DNA from: an uncultured Alphaproteobacteria bacterium
GTDB lineage: Bacteria; Pseudomonadota; Alphaproteobacteria; Rhizobiales; Xanthobacteraceae
Length of the DNA: 64,000 bases
Direction of reading: 5' to 3'
NCBI GenBank assembly: GCA_963747855.1
Contig: CAVVGN010000005.1
Location: 179,304 to 243,303 of the forward strand
Shown here: positions 47,013 through 58,502 of the stretch, in pieces
Position numbering within the stretch: position 1 is the stretch's first letter
Layout of the letters: each line of letters opens with the position of its first letter
Made by a program: the position numbers and the translations under genes
Notes under the pieces: model-generated
What the model saw: the letters and a program-made list of their open reading frames with translations, nothing else
What the model was told of the DNA's origin: nothing
The model's database searches: none

Positions 47013-48335
47013 ATGCTCAACTCCACTGGCGTGGTCGCCGCTCCGCGACCGCGGGGCCGCCGCTGGCTTGCCGCCGCGGCCGGTCTTGCCCTTGGCCTTA
47101 CGGCGGCCTCCGCCGCAAAGGCTGAGGATACGATCAAAGTCGGCATTCTCCACTCGCTCTCCGGCACAATGGCCATCAGCGAAACAACACTGAAGGACGT
47201 CGTGCTGATGCTGATCGACCAGCAGAACAAGAAGGGCGGCGTGCTCGGCAAAAAGCTCGAGGCAGTCGTTGTAGACCCGGCTTCGAACTGGCCGCTGTTC
47301 GCCGAAAAGGCCCGCGAGCTGATCAGCAAGGATAAGGTTTCCGTCGTGTTCGGCTGCTGGACTTCGGTATCCCGCAAATCGGTGCTGCCGGTGTTCAAGG
47401 AACTCAACAACCTCCTGTTCTATCCGGTGCAGTACGAAGGCGAGGAAAGCGAGCGCAACGTAATCTACACCGGCGCGGCGCCGAACCAGCAGGCAATTCC
47501 TGCGGTCGATTATCTCGCGAGTAAGGACGGCGGTTCGGTCAAGCGTTGGGTGCTGGAAGGCACCGACTACGTTTATCCGCGCACGACGAACAAGATTCTC
47601 GAGGCTTACCTCAAGGACGTCCTCAAGGTCGCCCCCGAGGATATCATGATCAATTACACGCCGTTCGGCTTCTCCGACTGGCAGACCGAAGTCTCCAAGA
47701 TCAAGGCATTCGGCTCGGCCGGCAAGAAGACGGCGGTGGTGTCAACCATCAACGGCGACGCCAACGTGCCCTTCTATAAGGAACTCGGAAACCAGGGCAT
47801 CAAGGCAACCGACATCCCGGTCATGGCGTTCTCGGTAGGCGAGGAAGAACTTGCCGGCCTCGACACCAAACCCCTGGTCGGCCACCTCGCCGCCTGGAAC
47901 TACTTCGAGTCGATCAAGACTCCGGAGAACGAAGCCTTCATCAAGGCGTGGCACGAGTTCACCAAGAACCCGAAACGCACCACCAACGATCCGATGGAAG
48001 CTCACTATATCGGCTTTAACATGTGGGTGAAGGCGGTCGAAAAGGTGAAGAGCACCGATCCCGACAAGGTGATCGAGGCATTGCCCGGCACGCAGGCACC
48101 AAACCTCACCGGCGGTATCTCGACCTTGTTGCCGAACCACCACATCACCAAGCCGGTGTTCATCGGCGAGATCCGGCCGGACGGCCAGTTTGACGTGGTG
48201 TGGAAGACCAAAGAGCTGGTTCCCGGCGCCGCCTGGTCGCCCTATATAGCGACCTCCAAGGATCTCATCGGCGATTGGGTCAAGCTCAAGTGCGGCAACT
48301 ACAACACAGTGACGAAGAAGTGCGGCGGCGCGTAA
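47013..48335 (+). CDS. urtA: Urea ABC transporter substrate-binding protein
   Basis: Signal/TAT-like peptide, then EDTIKVGILHSLSGTMAISE...FGCWTSVSRK... Confidence 0.9.
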   Translation: MLNSTGVVAAPRPRGRRWLAAAAGLALGLTAASAAKAEDTIKVGILHSLSGTMAISETTLKDVVLMLIDQQNKKGGVLGKKLEAVVVDPASNWPLFAEKARELISKDKVSVVFGCWTSVSRKSVLPVFKELNNLLFYPVQYEGEESERNVIYTGAAPNQQAIPAVDYLASKDGGSVKRWVLEGTDYVYPRTTNKILEAYLKDVLKVAPEDIMINYTPFGFSDWQTEVSKIKAFGSAGKKTAVVSTINGDANVPFYKELGNQGIKATDIPVMAFSVGEEELAGLDTKPLVGHLAAWNYFESIKTPENEAFIKAWHEFTKNPKRTTNDPMEAHYIGFNMWVKAVEKVKSTDPDKVIEALPGTQAPNLTGGISTLLPNHHITKPVFIGEIRPDGQFDVVWKTKELVPGAAWSPYIATSKDLIGDWVKLKCGNYNTVTKKCGGA

Positions 48336-48358
48336 TATGACGCCGTAAGGACGACCTG

Positions 48359-48386
48359 GCGGGAAGACGGCATATCGCCTTCCCGC
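48359..48386 (+). terminator. Hairpin after urtA (GCGGGAAG-N12-CTTCCCGC), candidate intra-operon attenuator
   Basis: 8-bp perfect stem followed by ATTTC, located between the binding-protein gene and the permease genes. Confidence 0.45.
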
Positions 48387-48395
48387 ATTTCAGAG

Positions 48396-48470
48396 CATGA
48401 TCCCGAAAAATGGAGACCGGCTTTCGGAAAAGATCATGTTCCAACAAAAACCGAAGGCTGGTCGTCGCTC
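48396..48470. repeat. REP-like dispersed element (CATGATC CCGAAA ... TTTCGG AAAA GATCATG type)
   Basis: Imperfect inverted repeat at 48396..48438 followed by TTCCAACAAAAA. I recall this family as a common intergenic repeat of Bradyrhizobiaceae, but it occurs only once in this window. Confidence 0.45.
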
Positions 48471-48507
48471 GCCAGAGCGGATAAGGCTTCGACCCGGGAA
48501 CTTCGCA

Positions 48508-50121
48508 ATGCGTCTCAGCCGAGCTTGCCTCTTCGCGTTATTGCTACTGACTGTTGGTTTCACCTTAAGCGCGATCGCCGCCCGCGCCGCCGATCTCACG
48601 GAGGCGCTTGCGCACTTCACCACTGACGATTTCAGTGAAACGCTGACCGGCATCCAGGAGATTGCCGCCAGCGGCGATCCGCGGGCCGAAACCATCATTC
48701 GCGCCTTGCAGGACGGACAACTGCTGTACAGTGCGAAGGAAAAAACCGTTTACGTTAAGGATGCTTCGGGCAAGCTGACCGACGCCGCTACCGGCAAGCC
48801 GATCAGCGGGGGAGCGCCGGCCGACGTCGATAACGTGCGCCTCAATAACCGGGTGCGCGGCGCTCTCGATGCCGCGGTTGGTGCGCTGACTTTGCTCGCC
48901 AAGGATCCGGCTGTGCGCTACGACGCAGCGCAAGCGGTGGCTAAATCGCGCCAGGTGAGCGCGCTACCGACGCTGGAAGCCGCGCTTGCCAAGGAACGGG
49001 ACCCAAAAGTCAAGCGCGCCATGCAGGAAGCGCGCGCCGGGATCATCCTTTCCAGCGGGAAAGGCAGCGATGAAGACAAGCTCGCGGCTGTGGACATCAT
49101 CCGCGAGCGCGCCGATCAGGATTCGTTGAGCCTCCTTTCCAGCCTGCCGGCAAATACGTCTCAGACGGTGGTCAAAGCTGCCACGGCCGCAATCGCCGCG
49201 GTCAAGAACCGGCTGGCCTTGTGGGAGGTGGTACAAAACGCCTGGTACGGCATTTCGCTCGGTTCGGTTCTGCTGCTTGCGGCCATCGGTCTCGCCATCA
49301 CGTTCGGTGTGATGGGCGTGATCAACATGGCGCACGGCGAGATGGTCATGCTCGGTGCCTATGTCACCTTCGTCGTGCAGGAAGTCATTCGCGCAAACAA
49401 TCCCGCCTTGTTCGATTATTCACTGGTGATCGCCATTCCGCTTTCCTTCCTGGTCGCCGGGTGTGTCGGCATCGTGATCGAACGCACCATCATCCGTTTC
49501 CTCTATGGCCGGCCGCTGGAAACCTTGCTCGCGACTTGGGGACTTTCGTTGATCCTCCAGCAGGCGGTGCGTAGCGCCTTCGGGCCGAACAACCGGGACG
49601 TCGGCAATCCGTCGTGGATGAGCGGCGCGTTCGACGTCGGCGGCATCACCATCACCTACAACCGGCTGTGGATCATCTGCTTCGCGCTCGCGGTGTTCGT
49701 CGCACTGTTGGCGCTATTGCACTACACGCGCTTTGGACTTGAGATGCGCGCGGTGACGCAGAACCGGCCGATGGCGGCCTCGATGGGCATCCGTACGGCC
49801 CGGGTCGACGCGCTGACCTTCGGGCTCGGCTCCGGCATCGCCGGCATGGCCGGCGTGGCGCTTTCGCAGATCGACAACGTCAGCCCCAATCTCGGCCAAG
49901 GCTACATCATCGACAGTTTCATGGTGGTGGTGTTCGGCGGGGTCGGTAATCTCTGGGGCACGCTGGTCGGTTCGTTCGTGCTGGGTATCGCCAATAAGTT
50001 TCTCGAGCCCTATGCCGGCGCAGTGCTCGGCAAGATTGCGATTTTGGTGCTGATCATTCTGTTCATCCAGAAGCGACCCCGCGGTATGTTTGCGCTCAAG
50101 GGGCGGGCAATCGAGGCATGA
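48508..50121 (+). CDS. urtB: Urea ABC transporter permease with an N-terminal periplasmic extension
   Basis: Signal-anchor MRLSRACLFALLLLTV, a roughly 240-aa soluble HEAT-like region, then a LivH-type permease. Confidence 0.85.
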   Translation: MRLSRACLFALLLLTVGFTLSAIAARAADLTEALAHFTTDDFSETLTGIQEIAASGDPRAETIIRALQDGQLLYSAKEKTVYVKDASGKLTDAATGKPISGGAPADVDNVRLNNRVRGALDAAVGALTLLAKDPAVRYDAAQAVAKSRQVSALPTLEAALAKERDPKVKRAMQEARAGIILSSGKGSDEDKLAAVDIIRERADQDSLSLLSSLPANTSQTVVKAATAAIAAVKNRLALWEVVQNAWYGISLGSVLLLAAIGLAITFGVMGVINMAHGEMVMLGAYVTFVVQEVIRANNPALFDYSLVIAIPLSFLVAGCVGIVIERTIIRFLYGRPLETLLATWGLSLILQQAVRSAFGPNNRDVGNPSWMSGAFDVGGITITYNRLWIICFALAVFVALLALLHYTRFGLEMRAVTQNRPMAASMGIRTARVDALTFGLGSGIAGMAGVALSQIDNVSPNLGQGYIIDSFMVVVFGGVGNLWGTLVGSFVLGIANKFLEPYAGAVLGKIAILVLIILFIQKRPRGMFALKGRAIEA

Positions 50122-51269
50122 CGAGGCACATTCTCATCCGCTCGCTGGACCGCGGCGCAACGCTGTTTTTGCTCGTCGTCGCGGGAATCGCGATCCTGGT
50201 GCCCGTGCTGAATCTCGCCGTGTCCCCGACGTCGGCGTTCTATATTCCGACTTATCTGGTGGCGCTGTTTGGGAAATACGCCTGCTATGCGCTGCTGGCT
50301 TTGTCGATCGATCTGATCTGGGGCTATTGCGGCATCCTTTCGCTCGGACACGGCGCCTTCTTCGCGCTCGGCGGTTACGCCATGGGCATGTACCTCATGC
50401 GCCAGATTGGGACCCGCGGCGTCTATGCCAACCCGATCCTGCCGGACTTCATGGTGTTCCTGAACTGGAAAGAATTGCCGATCTACTGGTACGGCTTCCA
50501 GTTCTTCCCCTACGCCATGCTGATGGTCGTGGCGGTGCCTGGCGCGCTGGCCTTCGTATTCGGCTGGTTCGCGTTTCGGAGCCGCGTTACCGGCGTCTAT
50601 CTGTCGATCATTACGCAGGCGCTTACTTTCGCGCTGATGCTGGGCTTTTTCCGCAACAATTTCGGCTTCGGCGGCAACAACGGCCTCACCGACTTCAAGG
50701 ATATCCTCGGCTTTAACGTCCAGGCCGAGACAACGCGCAATGCCCTGTTCGTCGTCTCGTGCATTGCGATCATGATCGGCTTCGTGCTCTGCCGCAGCAT
50801 TATCACCTCGAAATTCGGCAAGGTTCTGATTGCCATTCGCGACGCCGAGGCGCGAACTCGCTTTCTCGGTTACCGCGTGGAATCCTATAAGCTGTTCGTG
50901 TTTACGCTGTCTGCCTGCATGGCCGGCGTTGCTGGCGCGCTCTACGTCCCACAGGTCGGCATCATCAATCCGAGCGAGTTCGCCCCGGCCAATTCCATCG
51001 AGGCGGTGATCTGGGTCGCGGTCGGCGGCCGCGGCACGCTGTCCGGCGCGGTGATCGGCGCGGTGCTGGTCAACTACGCGAAAACTTATTTCACCTCTGG
51101 ATTCCTCGCACCCTATTGGCTTTTCATGCTTGGCGCTCTGTTTATTCTCGTGACCCTGCTGTTGCCGCGCGGCGTCGTCGGCACGGTGCGGCACTGGACC
51201 GCGTTGCGCCGCGACCGGGCGTCGGCAGCCGCCGAAGACGGCGTGCGCGAGCCGCTCCCGGCGGAGTGA
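50118..51269 (+). CDS. urtC: Urea ABC transporter permease
   Basis: 383 aa LivM-type permease; its start overlaps the urtB stop. Confidence 0.9.
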   Translation: MTRHILIRSLDRGATLFLLVVAGIAILVPVLNLAVSPTSAFYIPTYLVALFGKYACYALLALSIDLIWGYCGILSLGHGAFFALGGYAMGMYLMRQIGTRGVYANPILPDFMVFLNWKELPIYWYGFQFFPYAMLMVVAVPGALAFVFGWFAFRSRVTGVYLSIITQALTFALMLGFFRNNFGFGGNNGLTDFKDILGFNVQAETTRNALFVVSCIAIMIGFVLCRSIITSKFGKVLIAIRDAEARTRFLGYRVESYKLFVFTLSACMAGVAGALYVPQVGIINPSEFAPANSIEAVIWVAVGGRGTLSGAVIGAVLVNYAKTYFTSGFLAPYWLFMLGALFILVTLLLPRGVVGTVRHWTALRRDRASAAAEDGVREPLPAE

Positions 51270-51278
51270 GGATCGGGC

Positions 51279-52028
51279 ATGGAAGCGCTGACCACCGCAC
51301 TCCTCTATCTAAACGGCGTAACCGTTTCGTTCGACGGCTTCAGGGCGCTCAACAACCTGTCCTTCACCATCGAGCCCGGCGAAATGCGAGCCATTATCGG
51401 TCCGAACGGCGCCGGCAAGACCACCATGATGGACGTGGTCACCGGCAAGACCCGCCCCGATCTCGGCGACGTCATGTTCGACGGCTCCTACGACCTGACC
51501 CGGCTCGACGAAGCCGAGATCGCCGAGCTTGGAATCGGCCGCAAATTCCAAAAGCCCACCGTGTTCCAGAACCAAACCGTCGCCGACAATCTCGAACTCG
51601 CGCGAAAATCCGACCGCCACGTCCGCGCTACGCTGTGGTCGCAGGAGGGTCCGGACGAGCGTCAGCGCATCGACGAGCTGTTGAAAACCATTCGCCTGAC
51701 CGCGGTGCGCAATCGCCTGGCTGGCAGCCTCTCGCACGGGCAGCGGCAATGGCTGGAAATTGGCATGCTGCTGGCACAGGATCCGAAGCTGCTGTTGGTC
51801 GACGAACCGGTCGCCGGCATGACCGACGTGGAAACGCAACAGACCGCGGAACTGCTGAAAGAGATCAACCGCGAACATACCGTGGTCGTCGTCGAGCACG
51901 ACATGGCATTCGTCCGCGAGCTCGGCGTCAAGGTCACCTGCCTGCACGAGGGTTCGGTGCTGGCCGAAGGTACCATCGATCAGGTTTCGACGAACGATCG
52001 GGTCGTCGAAGTCTATTTGGGGCGATAG
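51279..52028 (+). CDS. urtD: Urea ABC transporter ATP-binding protein
   Basis: GPNGAGKTT, LSHGQRQWLEIG, LLLVDEP. Confidence 0.9.
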   Translation: MEALTTALLYLNGVTVSFDGFRALNNLSFTIEPGEMRAIIGPNGAGKTTMMDVVTGKTRPDLGDVMFDGSYDLTRLDEAEIAELGIGRKFQKPTVFQNQTVADNLELARKSDRHVRATLWSQEGPDERQRIDELLKTIRLTAVRNRLAGSLSHGQRQWLEIGMLLAQDPKLLLVDEPVAGMTDVETQQTAELLKEINREHTVVVVEHDMAFVRELGVKVTCLHEGSVLAEGTIDQVSTNDRVVEVYLGR

Positions 52029-52032
52029 ATCT

Positions 52033-52728
52033 ATGCTCGACATCAATGCCATCGACCTTCATTACGGCGCCGCCCAGACATTGCGTGCGGTGTCGCTCAA
52101 GGCCGAGCCTGGCAAGGTCACTTGCGTGCTGGGGCGAAACGGCGTCGGCAAGACCAGCCTGCTGGACGCGATCGCCGGGCAGCACTCGATAAGCCGCGGC
52201 ACTATCATCTGGGAAGGCCAGGATATTTCCGGCCTGCGCCCGCCCGACCGAGCCCGGCGCGGCATTTCCTACGTCCCGCAGGGCCGCGAAATTTTTCCGC
52301 TGCTGACGGTCGAAGAAAACCTGCGCACCGGATTTGCGCCGCTGAAGGGCAGCGAGCGCAGCATCCCCGACGACGTATTTTCGCTTTTCCCGGTGCTCAA
52401 GGACATGCTGCGACGGCGCGGCGGTGACCTGTCCGGCGGCCAGCAGCAGCAGCTCGCCATCGGCCGCGCGCTGGTGATGCGGCCGCGGCTGCTGCTGCTC
52501 GATGAGCCGACCGAAGGCATTCAGCCTTCCATCATCAAGGATATCGGCCGCGCCATCTCGTACCTGCGCTCGCTGGGCAAGATCGCAATTGTGCTGGTCG
52601 AGCAATATCTCGACTTCGCACAAGAACTCGGCGACTATTTCGCCGTCATGGACCGTGGCGCCGTTGTCTACGCCTCTGATCGCACCAGCCTCGACGGAGG
52701 GGCGGTGAAGCGGGCAATGGCGATCTGA
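52033..52728 (+). CDS. urtE: Urea ABC transporter ATP-binding protein
   Basis: GRNGVGKTS, LSGGQQQQLAIG, LLLLDEP. Confidence 0.9.
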   Translation: MLDINAIDLHYGAAQTLRAVSLKAEPGKVTCVLGRNGVGKTSLLDAIAGQHSISRGTIIWEGQDISGLRPPDRARRGISYVPQGREIFPLLTVEENLRTGFAPLKGSERSIPDDVFSLFPVLKDMLRRRGGDLSGGQQQQLAIGRALVMRPRLLLLDEPTEGIQPSIIKDIGRAISYLRSLGKIAIVLVEQYLDFAQELGDYFAVMDRGAVVYASDRTSLDGGAVKRAMAI

Positions 52729-52742
52729 TCTGACGAAATTTA

Positions 52743-53597
52743 ATGGCGTCGGGGGTAAACGTGCTTGCGGCTGCGCCGGCCCACAGCGAAGTTTTCGCCG
52801 GCAATCGCGCCGTCGGCCGGATTGTGCTTTCGGTGCGGGCGGCGGCGAGCGGCGGTAGCCGGCGGCATCGCGTCCACGAACAAGGCGCGCTGCGCGTGCG
52901 TTTCCCCAACGGATCGAGCTCGGACACGCTCGACGCCCTGATCCTCAACACCGCCGGCGGCATGACTGGCGGCGATCGTTTCGCCGTCGACATCGACGTC
53001 GGCGCCGGTGCCCGGCTCACGGTGACCACCGCGGCGGCGGAAAAAATCTATCGCTCGCTTGGGCTCGATACCATGATCGACGTGACGCTCGACGTCGGTC
53101 CGGGCGCGGCGCTCGCCTGGATGCCGCAGGAGACGATCCTGTTCGACCAGGTGCGGCTGCGGCGCGGCATCGAGGTCGAACTGGCGCGAGACGCCGAATT
53201 CGCCCTTGCCGAAGGAATCGTGTTCGGCCGCTCCGCCATGGGCGAGACCGTGCTGCGCGGAAATTTCTTCGACCGCTGGCGCGTGCGCGTTGGCGGCGCG
53301 ATCGTGTTTGCCGAAAGCCTCCGCCTCGACGGCACCATCGCCGAGAAGCTCGCGCAGCGCGCAGTCGCCGGGGGAAGCGTCGCCGTCGCCAGCGTGCTCA
53401 AATATCCCGCCGATGACAATAAGCTCGCCGCGGTGCGGGCGTTGGAGAAGGCTTTCGCCGGCGAGGTCGGCGTGTCGGCCTGGAACGGGCTGATGCTCGC
53501 GCGCCTGGTCGCCCCCGACGGCGCCGCTTTGCGCCGCGATCTCGCCGGCATTCTTACCGCATTCGGCGCGCCGCTGCCGCGGCTTTGGCTGAACTAG
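52743..53597 (+). CDS. ureD: Urease accessory protein UreD
   Basis: 284 aa: [14 protein letters not shown]...QETILFD..., positioned immediately upstream of ureA. Confidence 0.85.
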   Translation: MASGVNVLAAAPAHSEVFAGNRAVGRIVLSVRAAASGGSRRHRVHEQGALRVRFPNGSSSDTLDALILNTAGGMTGGDRFAVDIDVGAGARLTVTTAAAEKIYRSLGLDTMIDVTLDVGPGAALAWMPQETILFDQVRLRRGIEVELARDAEFALAEGIVFGRSAMGETVLRGNFFDRWRVRVGGAIVFAESLRLDGTIAEKLAQRAVAGGSVAVASVLKYPADDNKLAAVRALEKAFAGEVGVSAWNGLMLARLVAPDGAALRRDLAGILTAFGAPLPRLWLN

Positions 53598-53607
53598 AGG
53601 GCCAGCG

Positions 53608-53910
53608 ATGAACCTCACCCCGCGCGAGAAAGACAAGCTGTTGATCGCCATGGCGGCCATCGTCGCGCGGCGGCGGCTCGAGCGCGGGGTCAAGCTCAAT
53701 CATCCGGAGGCGGTCGCGCTCATTTCCGATTTCATTCTGGAGGGCGCGCGCGACGGCCGCTCCGTCGCCGACCTGATGGAAAAAGGCGCACATGTCGTCT
53801 CGCGCGCGCAGGTGATTGACGGCATCGCCGAAATGATTCCGGAAATCCAGGTGGAGGCGACATTTCCGGACGGCACCAAGCTCGTCACCGTGCATGAGCC
53901 GATACGATAG
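53608..53910 (+). CDS. ureA: Urease gamma subunit
   Basis: [39 protein letters not shown]...VTVHEPIR. Confidence 0.95.
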   Translation: MNLTPREKDKLLIAMAAIVARRRLERGVKLNHPEAVALISDFILEGARDGRSVADLMEKGAHVVSRAQVIDGIAEMIPEIQVEATFPDGTKLVTVHEPIR

Positions 53911-53961
53911 GTGCACAGCTACAATTCAAATCTCTGCAATCACAGATGCGATCGAATTCAG

Positions 53962-54442
53962 ATGCCGTATGAATCCGACCCGACTGCTGGAAAACTGAAC
54001 GAGCTGGTGAGCAGCCGACCGCTTTACATGGGATTGATCGGCTTCGATGAATTGAGTCCCGGGAGAGCAAATCCTCATTGGAGTTTGGGGGGAGCTTGTG
54101 AACGAAGTCTACAATGGCGGATTTCCAAAATATTTTGATAATGCGAGCCGTGACCGGGCTCAGCAAATGATCCGGTTGCTGCGTTTCATCGATGCTCATC
54201 GAGCGGCGGCTATACTCAAAGCCGCGACGGCATTGATCAGCCCGGGAACTCACTGGGATGATGAACGCGCAGCAGGCGTTCATGGGATGCCCGAACAAAT
54301 ACGTAAAAGCGTCAAAGACCTTGAGCGCACCCTCTACAATGAGCTCGATAATCTGCATCGTCTTGTTTTCATCTACCTTTCGAAACATCGCGATGAGATC
54401 GACGCAGCTTCTGATTTGTGGACGGAGCCAGTAAACAGATGA
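53962..54442 (+). pseudogene. DUF4375/DMP19-like protein inserted between ureA and ureB; one extra G near 54061 breaks the frame as assembled
   Basis: MPYESDPTAGKLNELV...GFDELSP (frame 1) continues as GEQILIGVWGELVNEVYNGGFPKYFDNASRD... (frame 2, ORF 54098..54442). The NGGF-x-YF-N motif is what I recall for DUF4375. GC is visibly lower than in the flanks. The stop overlaps the ureB start (ATGA). Confidence 0.6.
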
Positions 54443-54744
54443 TCCCCGGCGAAATGTTCATCAAGGACGGCACGATCGAGCTCAACAAGGGCCGCAAGAG
54501 CGTGACCCTTTCGGTTTCCAACACCGGCGACCGGCCGATTCAAGTCGGTTCGCATTATCATTTCTTCGAAACCAACTCGGCGCTGAAATTCGATCGCAAA
54601 GCGGCGCGCGGCATGCGGCTCGACATTCCCGCCGGCACGGCGGTGCGTTTCGAGCCCGGCCAGACGCGCGAGGTCAAGCTCGTCGCGCTTGCCGGCAAGC
54701 GCACGGTCTACGGCTTCCGGCAAGACGTAATGGGAAAGCTGTGA
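54439..54744 (+). CDS. ureB: Urease beta subunit
   Basis: [19 protein letters not shown]...[17 protein letters not shown]... Confidence 0.95.
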   Translation: MIPGEMFIKDGTIELNKGRKSVTLSVSNTGDRPIQVGSHYHFFETNSALKFDRKAARGMRLDIPAGTAVRFEPGQTREVKLVALAGKRTVYGFRQDVMGKL

Positions 54745-54978
54745 GAAAACGGTCCGCAGAATCATGGCGGGCAGGCCTGCGCAGGCCCGCCCGTCACGTT
54801 CTCAGCGCTGCTACCCGCGGCTGGGACCACGATCCGGTCAGCACTTGGTGCGACGCCTGGTAGCGGCTTCGGCACTAGGCCAATCTGACTGTGGCGATCT
54901 CTCTCGTCTGGCAAGCCATCCGCGATCGATCTGAAAGTCAGAATACTCCGGAGCGGGCGTGATGCAAGAAAAAGCGAA

Positions 54979-55031
54979 AAACAAAACACTGCTGCAATGC
55001 GGTGGGGATAACGTTGGGGATTGTTTTGTTT
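54979..55031. other. 10-bp perfect inverted repeat AAACAAAACA-N33-TGTTTTGTTT in the ureB-ureC spacer
   Basis: Read directly. It lies in a 381-nt lower-GC non-coding gap inside the urease structural gene cluster. Confidence 0.4.
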
Positions 55032-55125
55032 GTTATTGCGAGGAACCGCAAATAACGAAGCAATCCGGAGTGTTGGTCGGCAAGTCTCATAGGGCTCTGG
55101 GACACAACCAAATACGGAGCAGATC

Positions 55126-56883
<1,758 letters not shown>

Positions 56884-56970
56884 CCTGAAACCCCGCATGG
56901 ATTGCCGGATCAAGTCCGGCAATGACGGAGCCGTATTATTTGCCCGTGATTTTCGCGTAAGCTTCGCCGC

Positions 56971-58380
56971 GTGAACGAAAACGCACCTCTTTTCGCCGCA
57001 TTGCGCGAAGTGGCCGATGCCGATGCGGTGGCCGCTATCGAACAGGCAATCACCTCGGGTGCCGACCGCGAGCTTGCCCGCATCAACGTGCTGGCGTTTG
57101 CCGCGGCGCGCGGCCTCGATGAGGAAAAGACCATCGCCGCCTTCCTGCACGCGGCCAAGCTCGGCATTTTCGAATTGTCCTGGGACGTGCTGTGCCCGTC
57201 CTGCCGCGGCGTGCTCGATGTCACGGAGACACTGCAGGACGTGCATCGCGAACCCTATGCCTGCTCGTTGTGCAGCCGCTCGTTCGACGTCTCGCTCGAC
57301 GAGACAATCGAGATCGTGTTCACGGTGAGCCCGCGCCTGCGCAGGATCGCCGCGCACGATCCGCAGTCGCTGCCGTTCTGGGGCTATTACCGGCAGGTCT
57401 TCTGGAGCTCGGCCGTCGACCTGTCCGATGCGGACCTGGAAAGGCTGATCGCCGAATTTACGCTCGACGCGCGCGTGCTCGCGCCCGGCGAACAGGCGAC
57501 GGTAACGATTGACCTGCCGGAAGGCTGGGTCATCCTGTTCGATCCGGTCTCGCATTTCGGCCATTACATGAAAGTCGCGCCCGAGCGCGCCGATGCGCTC
57601 CAGGAGCTGACCGTCGTGCTCAAGGGCGCGCGCGAGCCGACCGCGACCACCGACCTGCGCGCCGGCCCGTTGCGGCTGACCATCGCCAACCGCACTGCCA
57701 TGCGCGCCTTGCCGGTGGTCTGGAACGAGAACCGGAAGTTCGACGAGCTGGTCGGCAAGCGCCGGCCGCATCTCACCGCCAAGCGCATTTTCACAAACCA
57801 GACGTTCCGCGACCTTTATCGCACCGACACGCTCGCGGTCGACCAGGGGCTCAAGATCATCAGCCTCACCTTCCTGTTCACCGACCTCAAGGGCTCGACC
57901 GAGCTTTACGCCCGCGTCGGCGATCTGGTCGCCTATGAGCTGGTGCGGGCGCATTTTCTCCTGCTCGCCAAAATCGTCGCGCAAAACGGCGGCGCCGTGG
58001 TCAAGACCATCGGCGACGCGGTGATGGCGACGTTTCCGACGCCGGAGCGCGCGCTGGCCGCGGCATTCGCCATGCGCGAAGCGATCGGCAGCGTCGGCGT
58101 CGACACGCGCAAGGAAGACCTCATCCTCAAAATCGGCATTCACGAAGGGCCGAGTCTGGCGGTCATGCTCAACGACCGGCTCGATTATTTCGGCCAGACG
58201 GTGAACATCGCCGCCCGTGTGCAGGGGCTCGCAATGTCGCACGCGATCTTCGCCACCAGGCCGGTGGTCGATCACCCGGCTTCGGCGGCTTTGCTCGCCA
58301 AGGCCGGCATCACGCCTTTGCCGCAGAACGTCGCGCTTAAAGGCGTCGCCGGCGAAACGGCGGTATACGAGATCCCGTGA
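56971..58380 (+). CDS. Class III adenylate/guanylate cyclase with an N-terminal four-cysteine domain (DUF5939-like)
   Basis: Cyclase core LTFLFTDLKGSTELY...VKTIGDAVMATF...KIGIHEGP...DYFGQTVNIAARV. The N-terminal domain carries CPSC...CSLC. Confidence 0.85.
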   Translation: MNENAPLFAALREVADADAVAAIEQAITSGADRELARINVLAFAAARGLDEEKTIAAFLHAAKLGIFELSWDVLCPSCRGVLDVTETLQDVHREPYACSLCSRSFDVSLDETIEIVFTVSPRLRRIAAHDPQSLPFWGYYRQVFWSSAVDLSDADLERLIAEFTLDARVLAPGEQATVTIDLPEGWVILFDPVSHFGHYMKVAPERADALQELTVVLKGAREPTATTDLRAGPLRLTIANRTAMRALPVVWNENRKFDELVGKRRPHLTAKRIFTNQTFRDLYRTDTLAVDQGLKIISLTFLFTDLKGSTELYARVGDLVAYELVRAHFLLLAKIVAQNGGAVVKTIGDAVMATFPTPERALAAAFAMREAIGSVGVDTRKEDLILKIGIHEGPSLAVMLNDRLDYFGQTVNIAARVQGLAMSHAIFATRPVVDHPASAALLAKAGITPLPQNVALKGVAGETAVYEIP

Positions 58381-58389
58381 TGTAACCGT

Positions 58390-58495
58390 CGTCATTGCGA
58401 AGAGCGCAAGCGACGAAGCAATCCAGTGTCTCTTTCCACTCGTCCCCGCGAAAGCGGGAACCTAGACTGGATTCCCGCTTGCGCGGGAATGAGCG
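58390..58495. repeat. REP-like composite (GTCATTGCGAAGAGCGCAAGCGACGAAGCAATCCAG module plus ATTCCCGC-TTGC-GCGGGAAT hairpin)
   Basis: The first module recurs at 61547..61625. Both hairpins were read directly. Confidence 0.55.
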
Positions 58496-58502
58496 GCGTT
58501 CC

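Noticed and set aside
50010-51194. 394-aa minus-strand ORF opposite urtC
   Set aside because: Antisense shadow ORF. urtC on the plus strand is a canonical LivM-type permease.
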